Positions 31,230 to 42,133 of a DNA stretch of 64,000 nt are shown here, piece by piece. Each line of letters starts with the position of its first letter. Within the stretch, counting starts at the first letter, position 1. This DNA comes from Patescibacteria group bacterium (GTDB lineage Bacteria; Patescibacteriota; WWE3; UBA101185; UBA10185), in the NCBI GenBank assembly GCA_026004595.1, contig BPJL01000006.1, forward strand, positions 12,299-76,298. Direction: 5' to 3'. Both the position numbers and the translations under genes were made by a program. Under the pieces are notes generated by a model. That model was not told where the DNA came from and searched no databases. It was given only the letters and a program-made list of their open reading frames with translations.

Positions 31230-32468
31230 CTAGTCAATGAATTCATCGTATAAAAGATCCCAGAGTTCCGTGTACCCGCCATCGTATCCAAGAGCCCATA
31301 TCCCCACTCCCATAAGGTTTTTTGATTTGGCTAACCTATATTTGATCAATAAAGATTCGCGATTTTCGTAAAAAACCTGTCTTTGTTGTCCTGTTTCTAT
31401 ACTTACATAGCTGAAGTAAGGAACCTGACCCAGTTCGTCCCACAGTATCTTTGGCTTTGTTTTTATTATGGTGTCCATTATCCCGCTGTATGGTTGGGAT
31501 TGGGAATAACCGATTTCCTCAGAACCATCTATCCTTTCAGCGTATTTTTTTTCTTCGCTAACTACCCAATTGTATCCATAGTAAGGTACGCCAAGTATAA
31601 GTTTGTTTGGAGGAACTAAAGACAAATAATCTTTCAACATTGTTTCAATGTCGTATTCAGCATGGATTCCTTTTCCGCCGATGGGTGCGACGGGGCCTGC
31701 TGTGTCGGATGTAGGTCTGTGAAAATCATAGGCCATGATAAAAATCCCATCGCTGTACCTAGCCAAATTTTCTAGGTCTGAACTTATCCTGTCTTTTACA
31801 GGCGAGTCCGCAAAGGCAGAAACAACAACTTTAGAGTCTCCGTATTTTGAGTCTAAAGCCTGATTAAGATAATTCGTCAGTTCCGAAAATTTCTTGGCCA
31901 TTTCAATGTTGGTATATTGCGCGTATTCAAAATTTAAGTTCACATCTTTTATTTTTTTGGCATCAAGCTCCGTATAAAGATTTTTCAGCAGTGTGTCCCA
32001 GCACTCCCCGCAGTTCAAAAAAGCATCGTTGTCCTTATCGTTATGCGCTATCACTGTCAAAGCCAGTCTGACGCCGAACCTATTGCAGGATTCAGCCAAC
32101 TGCGCAACTTCTTTACTTTCTTTCCAATTTCTATAGCCGGGTTCCGCAATTCGTGTTCCATTTTCATCTTCTATCGTTTTCACAAATTCGCCCTTACTGT
32201 CGATATAAAGCCCGAAATATGCGATGTCGGTTAATCTGTCTAATTCTATATATTCAAGGTTTGCTAGGGTCCAGTACGGAAGGTATCCATACACAACATA
32301 ATTTGGTTTTTTCCTTTCCTTGAATAGAGAAAGAAAATCAAAAGAGTTGGAATACGGGGTTATGGGATGATTTTTAAGGTCAATTTTACTTATGTAAAGG
32401 CTTGTCCCAGCTAGAAAGACGACAATTAAAAATATAATAAGTAAAGTTTTGACTTCTGGTTTCACCAA
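31230..32468 (-). CDS. GH18 family glycoside hydrolase, membrane-anchored
   Basis: GYLPYW, DVNLNFEY, IMAYDF, LILGVPYYG, GVGIWALG. Confidence 0.88.
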   Translation of the reverse strand: MVKPEVKTLLIIFLIVVFLAGTSLYISKIDLKNHPITPYSNSFDFLSLFKERKKPNYVVYGYLPYWTLANLEYIELDRLTDIAYFGLYIDSKGEFVKTIEDENGTRIAEPGYRNWKESKEVAQLAESCNRFGVRLALTVIAHNDKDNDAFLNCGECWDTLLKNLYTELDAKKIKDVNLNFEYAQYTNIEMAKKFSELTNYLNQALDSKYGDSKVVVSAFADSPVKDRISSDLENLARYSDGIFIMAYDFHRPTSDTAGPVAPIGGKGIHAEYDIETMLKDYLSLVPPNKLILGVPYYGYNWVVSEEKKYAERIDGSEEIGYSQSQPYSGIMDTIIKTKPKILWDELGQVPYFSYVSIETGQQRQVFYENRESLLIKYRLAKSKNLMGVGIWALGYDGGYTELWDLLYDEFID

Positions 32469-32530
32469 GTAATTTTAAGCATAAATTTTCAATAAATACA
32501 GGTGATGTTTTGGGTGTTAAAAACTCTTGA

Positions 32531-33763
32531 ATGTTAGAATTAGATGTGCTGTTTTTCAGAATTAAAAAATTTAGCTTTTGGGTGTTAGCCTTGTTTTTTG
32601 TATTTAGTGTAATTTTGGTGATAACCCTTGCATTTCTAAAGGAATACCAGAGATATGAAAAAGAAAGAAAGGGGACCGGGCTAGAAAAAAAGGAATACTA
32701 TATTGAAAAACTGCTTGGATCCGAAAAAAGCGCAGAGTGTCAGCTGCAAGAAGTGGAGTTTTACACCTACTCAGGAAACGACCCTTTGTGGAAGGAGAAC
32801 AACAAATATGGGATATATATTTATGCAGAGGTTGACGAGTTTTTTGATAGGGCTGAGGAGCTTGTGAATTCGGGAAAAGGCGATTGGGGGTACGTATTGA
32901 TTCCTTACAATGTCAAGGATAACAACTTTGAGAAATGGAAAAATGTTTTTGCCAAGCTTAAGGAAAAACATTTAATACCGGTAATTCAGTTGCATGATGT
33001 AGATGTGGACAAATACAAGGAGCAAACAAGAAACGCCGCAGAATTTCTTAACAGGTTTGTGTGGCCTATCAGGTATAGATACATCAGTGTCTACAATGAA
33101 CCAAACGATCAGAAATTTTGGTATGGGAAAGTTGATCCTGAAGAATACGCAAAAATACTGAAATATACAATAGATGTTTTCAAAGAGGAAAATCCGGACT
33201 TTTTCATGCTCAACGGTGCATTTAATGTAACTGCTCCCACTGATGCCAACCACATGGACTCGCTTGAGTTTATGAGAAGGATGGAGTTGGCTGAGCCGGG
33301 TATATTTTCAAAACTAGACGGTTGGGCTTCTCATTCCTATCCCCAGCCTAATTTTTCGGGCCACCCACATAACGAAGGCAGATGGAGCATAAAGGCATAC
33401 GAAACCGAATTGGCCTACCTCAAGCAGGTTCTGAAAGTGGAGAAATATTTGCCTGTGTTTATAACGGAGACAGGGTGGGCTCACGCCGAGGGGCAGGAGT
33501 ATAATTCCAGTTATCTACCCGTTGACAAGGTGGCCGAATATTTCAGGATGGCCTTTGAAGATGTATGGCTGAAGGATGATAGGGTGAGGGCCGTCATGCC
33601 TTTTACAATTAAATACGACCCTCCCTTTGACCACTTTTCATGGCTTAACAAAGACAATGTTCCATATAAACATTTCGATGTTATAAGGGATCTAAAGAAA
33701 GTTAAAGGACGACCTCCGCAACTTGTTGTAAACAAGGTTCAAGTGGGGAACTGCGGACAATGA
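32531..33763 (+). CDS. Membrane-anchored clan GH-A glycoside hydrolase
   Basis: N-terminal TM, YNEPN acid/base, SHSYP, FITETGW nucleophile. Confidence 0.75.
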   Translation: MLELDVLFFRIKKFSFWVLALFFVFSVILVITLAFLKEYQRYEKERKGTGLEKKEYYIEKLLGSEKSAECQLQEVEFYTYSGNDPLWKENNKYGIYIYAEVDEFFDRAEELVNSGKGDWGYVLIPYNVKDNNFEKWKNVFAKLKEKHLIPVIQLHDVDVDKYKEQTRNAAEFLNRFVWPIRYRYISVYNEPNDQKFWYGKVDPEEYAKILKYTIDVFKEENPDFFMLNGAFNVTAPTDANHMDSLEFMRRMELAEPGIFSKLDGWASHSYPQPNFSGHPHNEGRWSIKAYETELAYLKQVLKVEKYLPVFITETGWAHAEGQEYNSSYLPVDKVAEYFRMAFEDVWLKDDRVRAVMPFTIKYDPPFDHFSWLNKDNVPYKHFDVIRDLKKVKGRPPQLVVNKVQVGNCGQ

Positions 33764-35037
33764 AATTGAGCATAACTCATAAAAAAATCGCTGCCAACAC
33801 ATCCTACCAATTGGTAGGAAAGTTTGTAAGCCTGTGTGTGACGGTTTTGGCGACAATAATAATTACACGTACTTACGGAAGGGATGTTTATGGTCAGTTC
33901 AGTTTGATGCAGGCATGGCCCGCGCTTTTTTTCATAGTTGTTGATTTTGGGTTGAATGCTATAGCAACACGCGAAATCTCAAAAGATTGGAGTAAGGCAG
34001 GGGTTTACTTTGGAACCGTAATGCAGATAAGAGTACTGTTTTCCTTTTTGCTTATGCTTTTTCTGTCAATGGCCCTAGCCCGCTTCCCTTATAGTGAGGA
34101 TTTAAGGGCCGGGGTGACCCTTAGCCTTTTTTTGATACTTACTCAAGCTCTATTTACCTCTACAAACATAATTTTTCAGGCTAGGTTGAGATATGATCTC
34201 TCAACAATAGGGTATTTAGCGGGATACGGATTGATTCTTGCGCTCATATTTTTTCTATCAAGCATAAGGGCCAACGTGATGTGGATCAGTTTCAGTTATG
34301 TTCTAGGTGGCATACTTACCTTCGTAGTTAACTATAAATTCTTACTGTCTTTAGGCGTGAAGCCTAACTACTTTTTTGACGGCAAGGCTTGGAAATATTT
34401 GCTGTCGAGCTCACTTCCTTTGGGGTTAATGTTTATTTTTAGCCAAATAAATTTTAAGGCAGACTCCCTCCTGCTTTCGGTTCTGCCTGTTCCGTCTTTT
34501 TTGGGAGTTTCCAACAATGAAGCGGTCGGTCTCTACTCCTTGCCATATAAAGTTTTTGAAGTGGCCTTGGTTATGCCTACATTCTTTATGAATTCTGTTT
34601 ATCCGGTTATGGTTGTGCATATGACGGAGGGCAAAAAGAAACTGAAGCAAACTTTAAAGGATTCATTAAAGTTTTTAGTTGTTGCGGCCTTACTTTTCTC
34701 CGTAGTGGGATATTTTCTTTCTCCGCTGGCGGTTTACGTTCTTGGAGGCAAAGAATTTGCTGCTTCCGTCCCTGTTTTAAGAATACTTATGGTGGGGCTT
34801 GTGCTTTATAGTGTTACCCAGCCGTTAGCCTGGTTGATAGTTACTTTAGGATTTCAAAGGTATCTGCCCGTAATTTACTTGGTGAGTGCTGTTTTCAACG
34901 TGGTTATGAACTACATTCTCATACCTGTGTATTCTTTTTATGGTTCAGCTGTAATTACACACCTTTCTGAATTGTTGATACTTTTTATGCTGATGCTGAC
35001 CGTCAGAAAAGTCTGGAAAAAGACGTATGGCGCTTAA
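33760..35037 (+). CDS. Wzx-type polysaccharide flippase
   Basis: About 12 TMs; DFGLN...TREI, VGLYS..YK, LIP.YSFYGSA. Confidence 0.88.
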   Translation: MKLSITHKKIAANTSYQLVGKFVSLCVTVLATIIITRTYGRDVYGQFSLMQAWPALFFIVVDFGLNAIATREISKDWSKAGVYFGTVMQIRVLFSFLLMLFLSMALARFPYSEDLRAGVTLSLFLILTQALFTSTNIIFQARLRYDLSTIGYLAGYGLILALIFFLSSIRANVMWISFSYVLGGILTFVVNYKFLLSLGVKPNYFFDGKAWKYLLSSSLPLGLMFIFSQINFKADSLLLSVLPVPSFLGVSNNEAVGLYSLPYKVFEVALVMPTFFMNSVYPVMVVHMTEGKKKLKQTLKDSLKFLVVAALLFSVVGYFLSPLAVYVLGGKEFAASVPVLRILMVGLVLYSVTQPLAWLIVTLGFQRYLPVIYLVSAVFNVVMNYILIPVYSFYGSAVITHLSELLILFMLMLTVRKVWKKTYGA

Positions 35038-36199
35038 GTTTCTATATTATTTGCTTTTAACGTTGCTAAGCTTGGGGCAGTTATCACGCGTTGGTAATTT
35101 TTACCTCTTTGACCTAGCAGCCGCTGTTTTTGGTTTGTATAGCCTTTTTTACTTTTTGGTTCGCGGAAACTTAAAATTACCAAGATACTCGGTATTGTTT
35201 TTCATTTTTGGTCTGTTAGCTGGCGCGTCTCTTATTTTTAACGCCTACAAATATGGGGAAGGAGAGCTAGGAACGGCCCTTTTCTATCTTCTAAGGTACT
35301 TAGTTTATGTTTTAGCCGCGATTGGAGTTTATAACATGCTTCGGTCTGGAACTATGAGTTTCAAAGATCTGGAAAAATCATTGATCGTGTCCGCCTTGTT
35401 TTTATGTTTTGCTGGTGTGTTTCAGCTTGTCGTTCTGCCCGACTTTAGTGTTTTGGATCCGTCTCTTGGGTGGGATCCTCATAAGAATAGGGTAGCTTCA
35501 ACCTTTTTTGACCCAAATTTTCTTGGGGCTTATTTGGTGGTCGTAGCTGCAGTCATTTTTGGAAAAATATCGGAAGGGAAGAGAAACAGTTTTATAACTT
35601 TCTCCGCGGTAATAATCGCCTTCTTTGTGTTTCTGACTTTTTCTAGAAGTGCCTGGGGAATGATGGCAGTTGTCATTTTTATTATTGGAGCATTAAAGTA
35701 TAGAAAGCTTTTGGTGCTTGGTCTGATTGTTGCGTTTCTTACGTATTTTTTGGTTCCGCGGGTGCAAACAAGAATTTCGGGTGTCACCGATCCTGCGGAT
35801 TCGGCGAGATTCAGGCTTGTTTCTTGGACAAACGCGCTAAAGATATCTAGCGACAATTTACTTATGGGTGTGGGTTTTAACGCATACCGATACGCCCAGA
35901 AGGAATATGGGTTTCTGACACCGGATAATATATCTTCACGATCCGGGGCTGGAGCTGACTCATCGCTTTTGTTCGTTTTGGCCACTACAGGTGTTTTCGG
36001 TGCTTTGATATATGCGGCCGCATATCTTTTTCCGCTTGCTGAAAATATTTTTTCCGGTAGAAAGGAGAGGTTGGTGATTGTGAGCTTGGTACCTGCGTTG
36101 CTTTTGGAGTCTTTTTTTGTGAATTCCCTTTTTTATCCCCAGATTATGTTTGCCGCGATGGTTATTATCTTTAGCTCGTCTCTTGATATTTTACCTTGA
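35027..36199 (+). CDS. O-antigen ligase/polymerase family protein
   Basis: RVASTFFDPNFLG, LTFSRSAW, GVGFN; multiple TMs. Confidence 0.85.
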   Translation: MALKFLYYLLLTLLSLGQLSRVGNFYLFDLAAAVFGLYSLFYFLVRGNLKLPRYSVLFFIFGLLAGASLIFNAYKYGEGELGTALFYLLRYLVYVLAAIGVYNMLRSGTMSFKDLEKSLIVSALFLCFAGVFQLVVLPDFSVLDPSLGWDPHKNRVASTFFDPNFLGAYLVVVAAVIFGKISEGKRNSFITFSAVIIAFFVFLTFSRSAWGMMAVVIFIIGALKYRKLLVLGLIVAFLTYFLVPRVQTRISGVTDPADSARFRLVSWTNALKISSDNLLMGVGFNAYRYAQKEYGFLTPDNISSRSGAGADSSLLFVLATTGVFGALIYAAAYLFPLAENIFSGRKERLVIVSLVPALLLESFFVNSLFYPQIMFAAMVIIFSSSLDILP

Positions 36200-36902
36200 T
36201 GGTTTCTTCGTTTTTATTTCCGGCCTCGTCAATTGCCGTTACTTTTATTTCAACTTCTCCGGATTTTACACCAAGGGTGTATTCAAAAGATAAATCAGGT
36301 TTCTGTATGACAATTCTATCGTTTATTTTTAAGGTCGCTTTCTCGTTTATTTTCCCAATCACAGTTATTCTTTTATCTAAGTTTCTCACAGTTTCGCCAT
36401 CTTTTGGGGATTCTATTGTGATTTTAGGTTCTTCGGTGTCAAGAATTATTATAGAGGTTTCACTCGGCTCACTTTCTTCGTTCTTATTGTTTACAGCCTT
36501 AGCGAAAACACTATTGCGGCCTTTTATGAGTGAAATGTCTGAAAATTCAAATATTCCGTCCGCTCCGGTCGTGGTTTGGGCAACTTCGGGGCCGTTGACG
36601 TAAAGTTTGATAACATCCCCTTCATTAGCATATCCGGATAAATTTATATTTTGCTTGTTAGTGGCGGCTGGAACATTGGTTAGAGTGGGGGCCCTTGTTC
36701 TTACGGAGACAATACTGCTGTCATCATTTCGGTTTTTTGAGAGATATCCGAATATTGAACCGAAGGCGGGTGCGAAAAAGACAAAAATAAGGATTACGAA
36801 AACTGCGATACCTAATATCGCCATCACTGTTTTAATGAACTTTCTCGAAAGCTCCTCTTCACTTTGGTTGTAATATGGGCTTCTGTACCTTTTTCTAACC
36901 AT
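36171..36902 (-). CDS. Membrane-anchored Ig-like domain protein
   Basis: TM then two bacterial Ig-like repeats (DTEEPKITIESP.DG, AIDEAGN); ATG 36902 lies just after the galU stop. Confidence 0.75.
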   Translation of the reverse strand: MVRKRYRSPYYNQSEEELSRKFIKTVMAILGIAVFVILIFVFFAPAFGSIFGYLSKNRNDDSSIVSVRTRAPTLTNVPAATNKQNINLSGYANEGDVIKLYVNGPEVAQTTTGADGIFEFSDISLIKGRNSVFAKAVNNKNEESEPSETSIIILDTEEPKITIESPKDGETVRNLDKRITVIGKINEKATLKINDRIVIQKPDLSFEYTLGVKSGEVEIKVTAIDEAGNKNEETIKVKYQETS

Positions 36903-36904
36903 AC

Positions 36905-37798
36905 CTATTTTATTATCTCTTCTTTTATAAATGTTTGCAGTTCGTCTTTCAAATCTTCTCTTTGCATTGCAAATTTGAGAGTTGTTTTTATGTATCTTAG
37001 TGGGTCGCCGGTAGTCAACCACTCTCCTTGAATGGGCTGGGCAATGACGGTTTTCCCCTCCTCAGCTAGTTTGTTGAGGATATCTATAAGCCAAAGTTCG
37101 TTGTCTTTACCTGTTGGGGTATTTGATGCGGCCTCAATCACGTTGTAGGAAAAAACAAATCGCCCGAACTGAACTTTGTTGGAGGGAGCTTGTTCTTTTG
37201 GGAGTTTTTCAAATCCCTTTTCCATTGTGTATTTGTAGGGGGCACCTTCCTTGTACTTGATTGTGGCGTAGCGGTGGACTTCTGACCAGGGTACTTCCTG
37301 TACGGCGAGTACAGCTGATGGTTTTTGCTGTTCATATACATCAATTAATTGTTTTGTAACAGGTGTTTCTGAAAGTGTAAGATCGTCGCCGAACATGTAA
37401 ACGAAAGCTTCGTCATCATCTATGAGCTCCTTCACTGTGATTAGGGGCGAACCGTTGCCGTATGGAAGATGGTTTTTCTGCCTGACATAAACGAAATTAG
37501 CCATTTGAGGTATAGACTGGACCATTTCGAGATAATCCAGCTTGTTACTTTTTTCCAGGGAGTATTCGAGTTCCGATCTGTTGTCGAAATAGTCTTCCAT
37601 GATGTGGTTTCCAGCTCGGGTGACGAGAATTATTTCTTCTATTCCCGAGTTGACTGCCTCTTCAACAAGGTAGTGGATTATGGGTTTATCTATTATTGGG
37701 AGCATTTCTTTAGGCTGGTTTTTAGTTGCGGGAAGAAATCTAGTGCCGTATCCAGCAGCTGCAATTACAGCTTTTTTGATTTTGGAGTATTGTTTCAT
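36905..37798 (-). CDS. galU: UTP-glucose-1-phosphate uridylyltransferase
   Basis: KAVIAAAGYGTRFLPATK..PKEMLPI.DKP. Confidence 0.92.
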   Translation of the reverse strand: MKQYSKIKKAVIAAAGYGTRFLPATKNQPKEMLPIIDKPIIHYLVEEAVNSGIEEIILVTRAGNHIMEDYFDNRSELEYSLEKSNKLDYLEMVQSIPQMANFVYVRQKNHLPYGNGSPLITVKELIDDDEAFVYMFGDDLTLSETPVTKQLIDVYEQQKPSAVLAVQEVPWSEVHRYATIKYKEGAPYKYTMEKGFEKLPKEQAPSNKVQFGRFVFSYNVIEAASNTPTGKDNELWLIDILNKLAEEGKTVIAQPIQGEWLTTGDPLRYIKTTLKFAMQREDLKDELQTFIKEEIIK

Positions 37799-37878
37799 AT
37801 GAGTTCAATTTTAGCATAAAAAAGAGCAGAGAAGTTTGCCACGGTGATTTGTGGTTTGGTTCTCTGCTAAAGAAAAAA

Positions 37879-38082
37879 TTATTTTTTGGGTTTTTTTGCC
37901 ATTTGGTATGGTTTTTTCTTCGGCCAAATAGACGCAATTGCGGCCGAGAGAAAAATACCTGCCCAAAGGGGGCCAAGACAAAGCAGGCCGAGTGACCCTT
38001 GGTAAGAATCATCCAGTTTCATTATAAATAAAAAACCCAATGCACCGACTGTAAGAAAGAAAAAAAATCCAAGAGCCTTCAT
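37879..38082 (-). CDS. Small two-TM membrane protein with Lys-rich tail
   Basis: GAGGAGG SD before ATG 38082; two hydrophobic segments. Confidence 0.55.
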   Translation of the reverse strand: MKALGFFFFLTVGALGFLFIMKLDDSYQGSLGLLCLGPLWAGIFLSAAIASIWPKKKPYQMAKKPKK

Positions 38083-38160
38083 TTTAGGCCTCCTCAAATG
38101 GGATAGGCCAACATTATACCCCATAGTGCGTGTTTTGTCTAATTTGGAAATATTAAAAAA

Positions 38161-38235
38161 TGGAGCCGGTAACAGGATTTGAACCTGTGGCCTTTCCCTT
38201 ACGAAGGGACTGCTCTACCACTGAGCTATACCGGC
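38161..38235 (-). tRNA. tRNA-Thr(CGT)
   Basis: Reverse complement GCCGGTA...TACCGGC-TCCA; anticodon loop TTCGTAA. Confidence 0.92.
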
Positions 38236-38312
38236 GCTTCTATATTCTATCAAATCAACTCGAAGCTTTCGTTAGAGTCAATTTTGTTATACTGGTATAT
38301 AATTATTTCAAG

Positions 38313-38399
38313 ATGTTTAGGAAGCTAAATATACTTCTATTCACAATCACATTAGTGGTGATTGCTCTCTTTGTTGCCTACATAGACAAGATTTTATAA
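38313..38399 (+). CDS. Putative 28-aa membrane peptide
   Basis: MFRKLNILLFTITLVVIALFVAYIDKIL, preceded by TATAAT 9 nt upstream. Confidence 0.35.
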   Translation: MFRKLNILLFTITLVVIALFVAYIDKIL

Positions 38400-38489
38400 G
38401 CTTTGTTTGCTTATATACTGGCGGGCTAGAAACGGGGCGAAATATCCATGTTTCTCATCTGTGTATAAAGGTAGTATTAGAAGTAATTG

Positions 38490-38564
38490 TGGAGCGGGTG
38501 ACGGGATTCGAACCCGCGACCTTTTCCTTGGGAAGGAAACGCCATACCACTAGGCCACACCCGC
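38490..38564 (-). tRNA. tRNA-Gly(CCC)
   Basis: Reverse complement GCGGGTG...CACCCGC-TCCA; TTTCC-TTCCCAA-GGAAA. Confidence 0.95.
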
Positions 38565-38644
38565 ACCTCACGAAGATTATAGCAGTAATGTAGGCATCAA
38601 AAAACACCTAATGCGGCGTTTTTTTTGCTTTTAATTTCTTAAGA

Positions 38645-39145
38645 TTAAGGAAGCACAAGTATCTGTCCGGGCACTATCAAGGCCTGTTTTCCGTTTGGTA
38701 AAAACCCAATATCATTTTTGTTGGCCTCCAGTATTTTTGTCCACTGGGTACCGTCCCCGTAAGCTCCTTCAGCAATTTCCCATAGAGTATCACCGCGTTT
38801 AACTGTGTAAGAGGTTCCTTGGATATCTCCTTGTTTGTAGTTATTGGGCACCCATTCTGCAGGTACAGAAGGTTGAGGAGCTAGCACTTGAGATTTAGCT
38901 GCGGCCGCTAGCTTTTCTGGTTCTTTGCTGTCAGTTGCCGCATTACCATTAATGTCGCCTATCAGTTCTTCTGCCGATCCTCCCACACCCTTCAAAATTT
39001 CTTCCTCGTCTATATCTGTGAATTGATCAGAGCTTTTGTTGAAGTAGTTATAGGCGGCAAAAACAAGAGCTATAATAAATAACCCCCCTATAATAAGAGC
39101 TAAACTATCCCTCTCGCCTACATTTTGCTGTTTTTTTGCTGACAT
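38645..39145 (-). CDS. Membrane-anchored LysM domain protein
   Basis: GGAGG SD, TM, YTVKRGDTLWEIA...LIVPGQILVLP. Confidence 0.9.
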   Translation of the reverse strand: MSAKKQQNVGERDSLALIIGGLFIIALVFAAYNYFNKSSDQFTDIDEEEILKGVGGSAEELIGDINGNAATDSKEPEKLAAAAKSQVLAPQPSVPAEWVPNNYKQGDIQGTSYTVKRGDTLWEIAEGAYGDGTQWTKILEANKNDIGFLPNGKQALIVPGQILVLP

Positions 39146-39186
39146 TTTCGCACCTCCTAGTAATGAGGGCAGAGAAAGAATATACA

Positions 39187-39263
39187 TGGCGGGATCGACG
39201 GGACTCGAACCCGCGGCCTCCGCAGTGACAGTGCGGCGCTCTAACCAACTGAGCTACGACCCC
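39187..39263 (-). tRNA. tRNA-Asp(GTC)
   Basis: Reverse complement GGGGTCG...CGATCCC-GCCA; CCGCA-CTGTCAC-TGCGG. Confidence 0.95.
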
Positions 39264-39338
39264 TTAATGCATTGTTATAGTAGCAATTTGTTAATTTATG
39301 GTCAATGAACAGCGTAATTCCGAGATTTCATAATAAAA

Positions 39339-39674
39339 GTGGGAGTATGGTATTATTTTCCCACAGATGCAGAAAAGGAGAGGGAGATGGGTAACTTTTT
39401 GTGCGGCCGGATTAATGATATTTTCAGAGACAGAAAGTTTGCAACAAGACTTAACAAGGACAACATAAAAAGAATTGTTGTAGAACCATATCCCGAAGTT
39501 GACGGGGGTAGGGTACAATTTAGGAGGGTAGTTGAATATTCCTTTTCAGATGGCAGTATTAAAGCCATGCCACCCAAATTGAAGGAGGAAATATACAAAG
39601 CTCTGCAAGGTCGCGACGCCCTGGTTGAGGTTATTTTCCAGTGCGGAGCAACTCTATATGTGAAAGTTAGGTAA
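39339..39674 (+). CDS. Hypothetical protein
   Basis: Open frame followed by a terminator; alternative ATG 39387 has AAGGAG upstream. Confidence 0.5.
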   Translation: MGVWYYFPTDAEKEREMGNFLCGRINDIFRDRKFATRLNKDNIKRIVVEPYPEVDGGRVQFRRVVEYSFSDGSIKAMPPKLKEEIYKALQGRDALVEVIFQCGATLYVKVR

Positions 39675-39682
39675 CCGCTCCA

Positions 39683-39723
39683 GCGGCTCTTTGTTTTAAA
39701 AAACATTGAGCCGCATTTTTTTT
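39683..39723 (+). terminator. Intrinsic terminator
   Basis: GCGGCTC...GAGCCGC stem followed by T tract. Confidence 0.65.
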
Positions 39724-39753
39724 CGCTGTCGTCAAGTCTGCTATTATTAACTT

Positions 39754-41512
39754 ATGAATGAGAACCGCATCTCCAACAAGGAAGTCGTAGCTCAGCTTAA
39801 AGAGGTGCTTGCGGCCATGGATGTGAAGAATTTTAATGTTTTTAAGGTTCGAGCGTATCAAAATGCGATAGCTATACTAGATAACTTAACGGTTTCAATT
39901 TATGACCTTTGGGAAAACGGCCGACTCAAAGAAATTCCCGGTGTGGGGTCTGGTATATATTCACACCTTGATGAGTTGTTTAAAACAGGGTCGGTTAAAG
40001 AGTTTGAAGCCATAAAAAAAGGCCTTCCAGAAGGGATGTTCGGCCTTATTGGAATACGAGGAATAGGTGCGAGAAAGGCTTTCAAGTTGGCCACTGCTTT
40101 TAAACTTAACGATAGGAATACGGCTGTAGAAAAAGTAAAAGAGCACGCAGAAAAAGGAGACATTCAAAAACTTGAGGGGTTTGGTGAAAAATCCGAGGCC
40201 GATATTCTTGAGGCGATAGCGCAGTTTAAGATGACGAAGAATGAGAAACAGCGCGTCTTGTATTCAAAAGCCGAGGAAACAGTAGAAAGAATTTACACTT
40301 ATATGAAAAAGCTGGATTGTGTAGATGAAATAGAAGCTGCGGGTTCTTTTAGAAGGAAAAATGCAACTATAGGAGATCTTGATATTCCTATTGCAACAAA
40401 TGAACCGGAGAAAGCAATAGATCATTTTTTGATGTTTCCAGAGATTGATGAGGTTCTTGTGAAGGGAGATAAAAAGTGCAGCGTGGTTCTCAAAAATGAT
40501 TTGCAGGTTGATATAAGAGTTTCTACCCCCCAGGCCTACGGTGCCATGTTGCAGTATTTTACTGGTTCCAAACAGCATAACATCCTTCTTAGAAACTTTG
40601 CGCTCGCAAAGAATATGTCGTTGTCCGAGTATGGGATCAAAAAAGGCGGCGATACATACGAGTTTTCAGACGAACCGTCTTTTTATAAATTTTTGGGGCT
40701 TCCTTACATAGAACCTGAACTAAGAAACGGATCAAACGAAATAGAAGCGGCGTTAGAAAATAAACTTCCGAAGTTGATTGAAATTGGAGATATAAGGGGC
40801 GAAGTCCATACTCACACTACTGATTCTGACGGAGTTAATTCTTTGGACGAGATGGTTGCAGCGGCAATATCTTTGGGGGTACCAGTATTTGGGTATTTCC
40901 GATCACGCGCCAAGCGTTACCTCACGTGGGTATAGAGAAGTATCAGAGATAATTAAGAAGAAAAGAGAAGCTATCCAAAAAATAAATGAAAAGCAGGATT
41001 CTATCAAAGTATTCTTCGGTTATGAGGTGAACATCTTGGCAGACGCAACCCTTGGCCTACCTGACGAAATACTGGCAGAATTGGACTATGTAGTGGCTTC
41101 GATTCACACTTCCTTCAATCAAGACAGAGAGCAGATTACCGACCGACTGCTTGCGGCAATAGAGAATCCATATGTAAATATTATCGGACATCCTTCGGGG
41201 CGTCTGCTAAACGAAAGAGACCCGATAGATCCTGCTTGGGACAAGATATTTTTGGCGGCTCGAGATAATGGCAAAATACTGGAGATAAACGCCCAACCCG
41301 ACCGTCTTGATCTTCCAGACGATTTGGTGAAAGAAGCAATACAATGGGGAGTTAAGTTAGTGATAAGTACTGATGCTCATTCAGTAGATCAGTTTTCTTT
41401 TATGAAATATGGTATTTTCAACGCACGCAGAGGGTGGGCGGAGAATAAAAATATAATCAACACGTTGCCGTATGGAGATTTTGTAAAAGAAGCGAACATA
41501 CGCCTTAAGTGA
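39754..41512 (+). CDS. polX: DNA polymerase X / PHP exonuclease, split by +1 frameshift at G5 run 40875-40879
   Basis: GSFRR...GDLDI, QVDIR, YFTGSK, then PHP motifs HTHT / DH / GHP / STDAH in the next frame; removing one G gives a 585-aa protein. Confidence 0.92.
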
Positions 41513-41569
41513 AATTATGCAAAAAACATATATAATAATATTAGTAAATTTTTGTTAAGGAGGTGTGTT

Positions 41570-42115
41570 ATGGAACTCGTATTAATAGCTGTCATAGGTC
41601 TTGTTATATTTGGTTTTATTTCTGTTTACAACTCTTTGGCGTCTTTGAAGATTAAGATCAAAGAAGCTTGGAGCCAAATTGACGTTCAGCTCAAGAGAAG
41701 GATTGATTTAATCCCCAACTTGGTTGAAACAGTAAAGGGTTACGCTTCGCATGAAAAGGAAGTATTTGAAAAAGTAACCCAGGCTCGTGCCGCTTTGATG
41801 AGCGCGGGAGATGCAAAAACAGCGGGGGAGGCAGATGTACAATTAACATCAGCACTCAAGAGCCTTTTTGCCGTAGCTGAAGCTTACCCGGAGTTAAAGG
41901 CCCAAGAAGGGTTTATCAATCTGCAGAAAGAACTTTCCGACACCGAAGACAAGGTTGCTTATTCAAGACAATTCTTCAATAGCGTGGTTAGGCAATACAA
42001 TGAAAAAATTGTTGTATTTCCGTCAAACTTGATTGCCCAGTTGTTTGGATTTAAGCAGGAAGCGTTCTTTGAGGCTGAAGAAGCTGACAAAGAGCCAGTG
42101 AAGGTAGATTTCTAA
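41570..42115 (+). CDS. lemA: LemA family protein
   Basis: WSQIDVQLKRR.DLIPNLVETVKGY, EAYPELKA. Confidence 0.96.
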   Translation: MELVLIAVIGLVIFGFISVYNSLASLKIKIKEAWSQIDVQLKRRIDLIPNLVETVKGYASHEKEVFEKVTQARAALMSAGDAKTAGEADVQLTSALKSLFAVAEAYPELKAQEGFINLQKELSDTEDKVAYSRQFFNSVVRQYNEKIVVFPSNLIAQLFGFKQEAFFEAEEADKEPVKVDF

Positions 42116-42133
42116 TTATTTCATTGGAAAGAA

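Noticed and set aside
38160-38312. N-terminal part of ORF 38160-38399
   Set aside because: It is the antisense reading of tRNA-Thr; only the 28-aa tail is a possible peptide.
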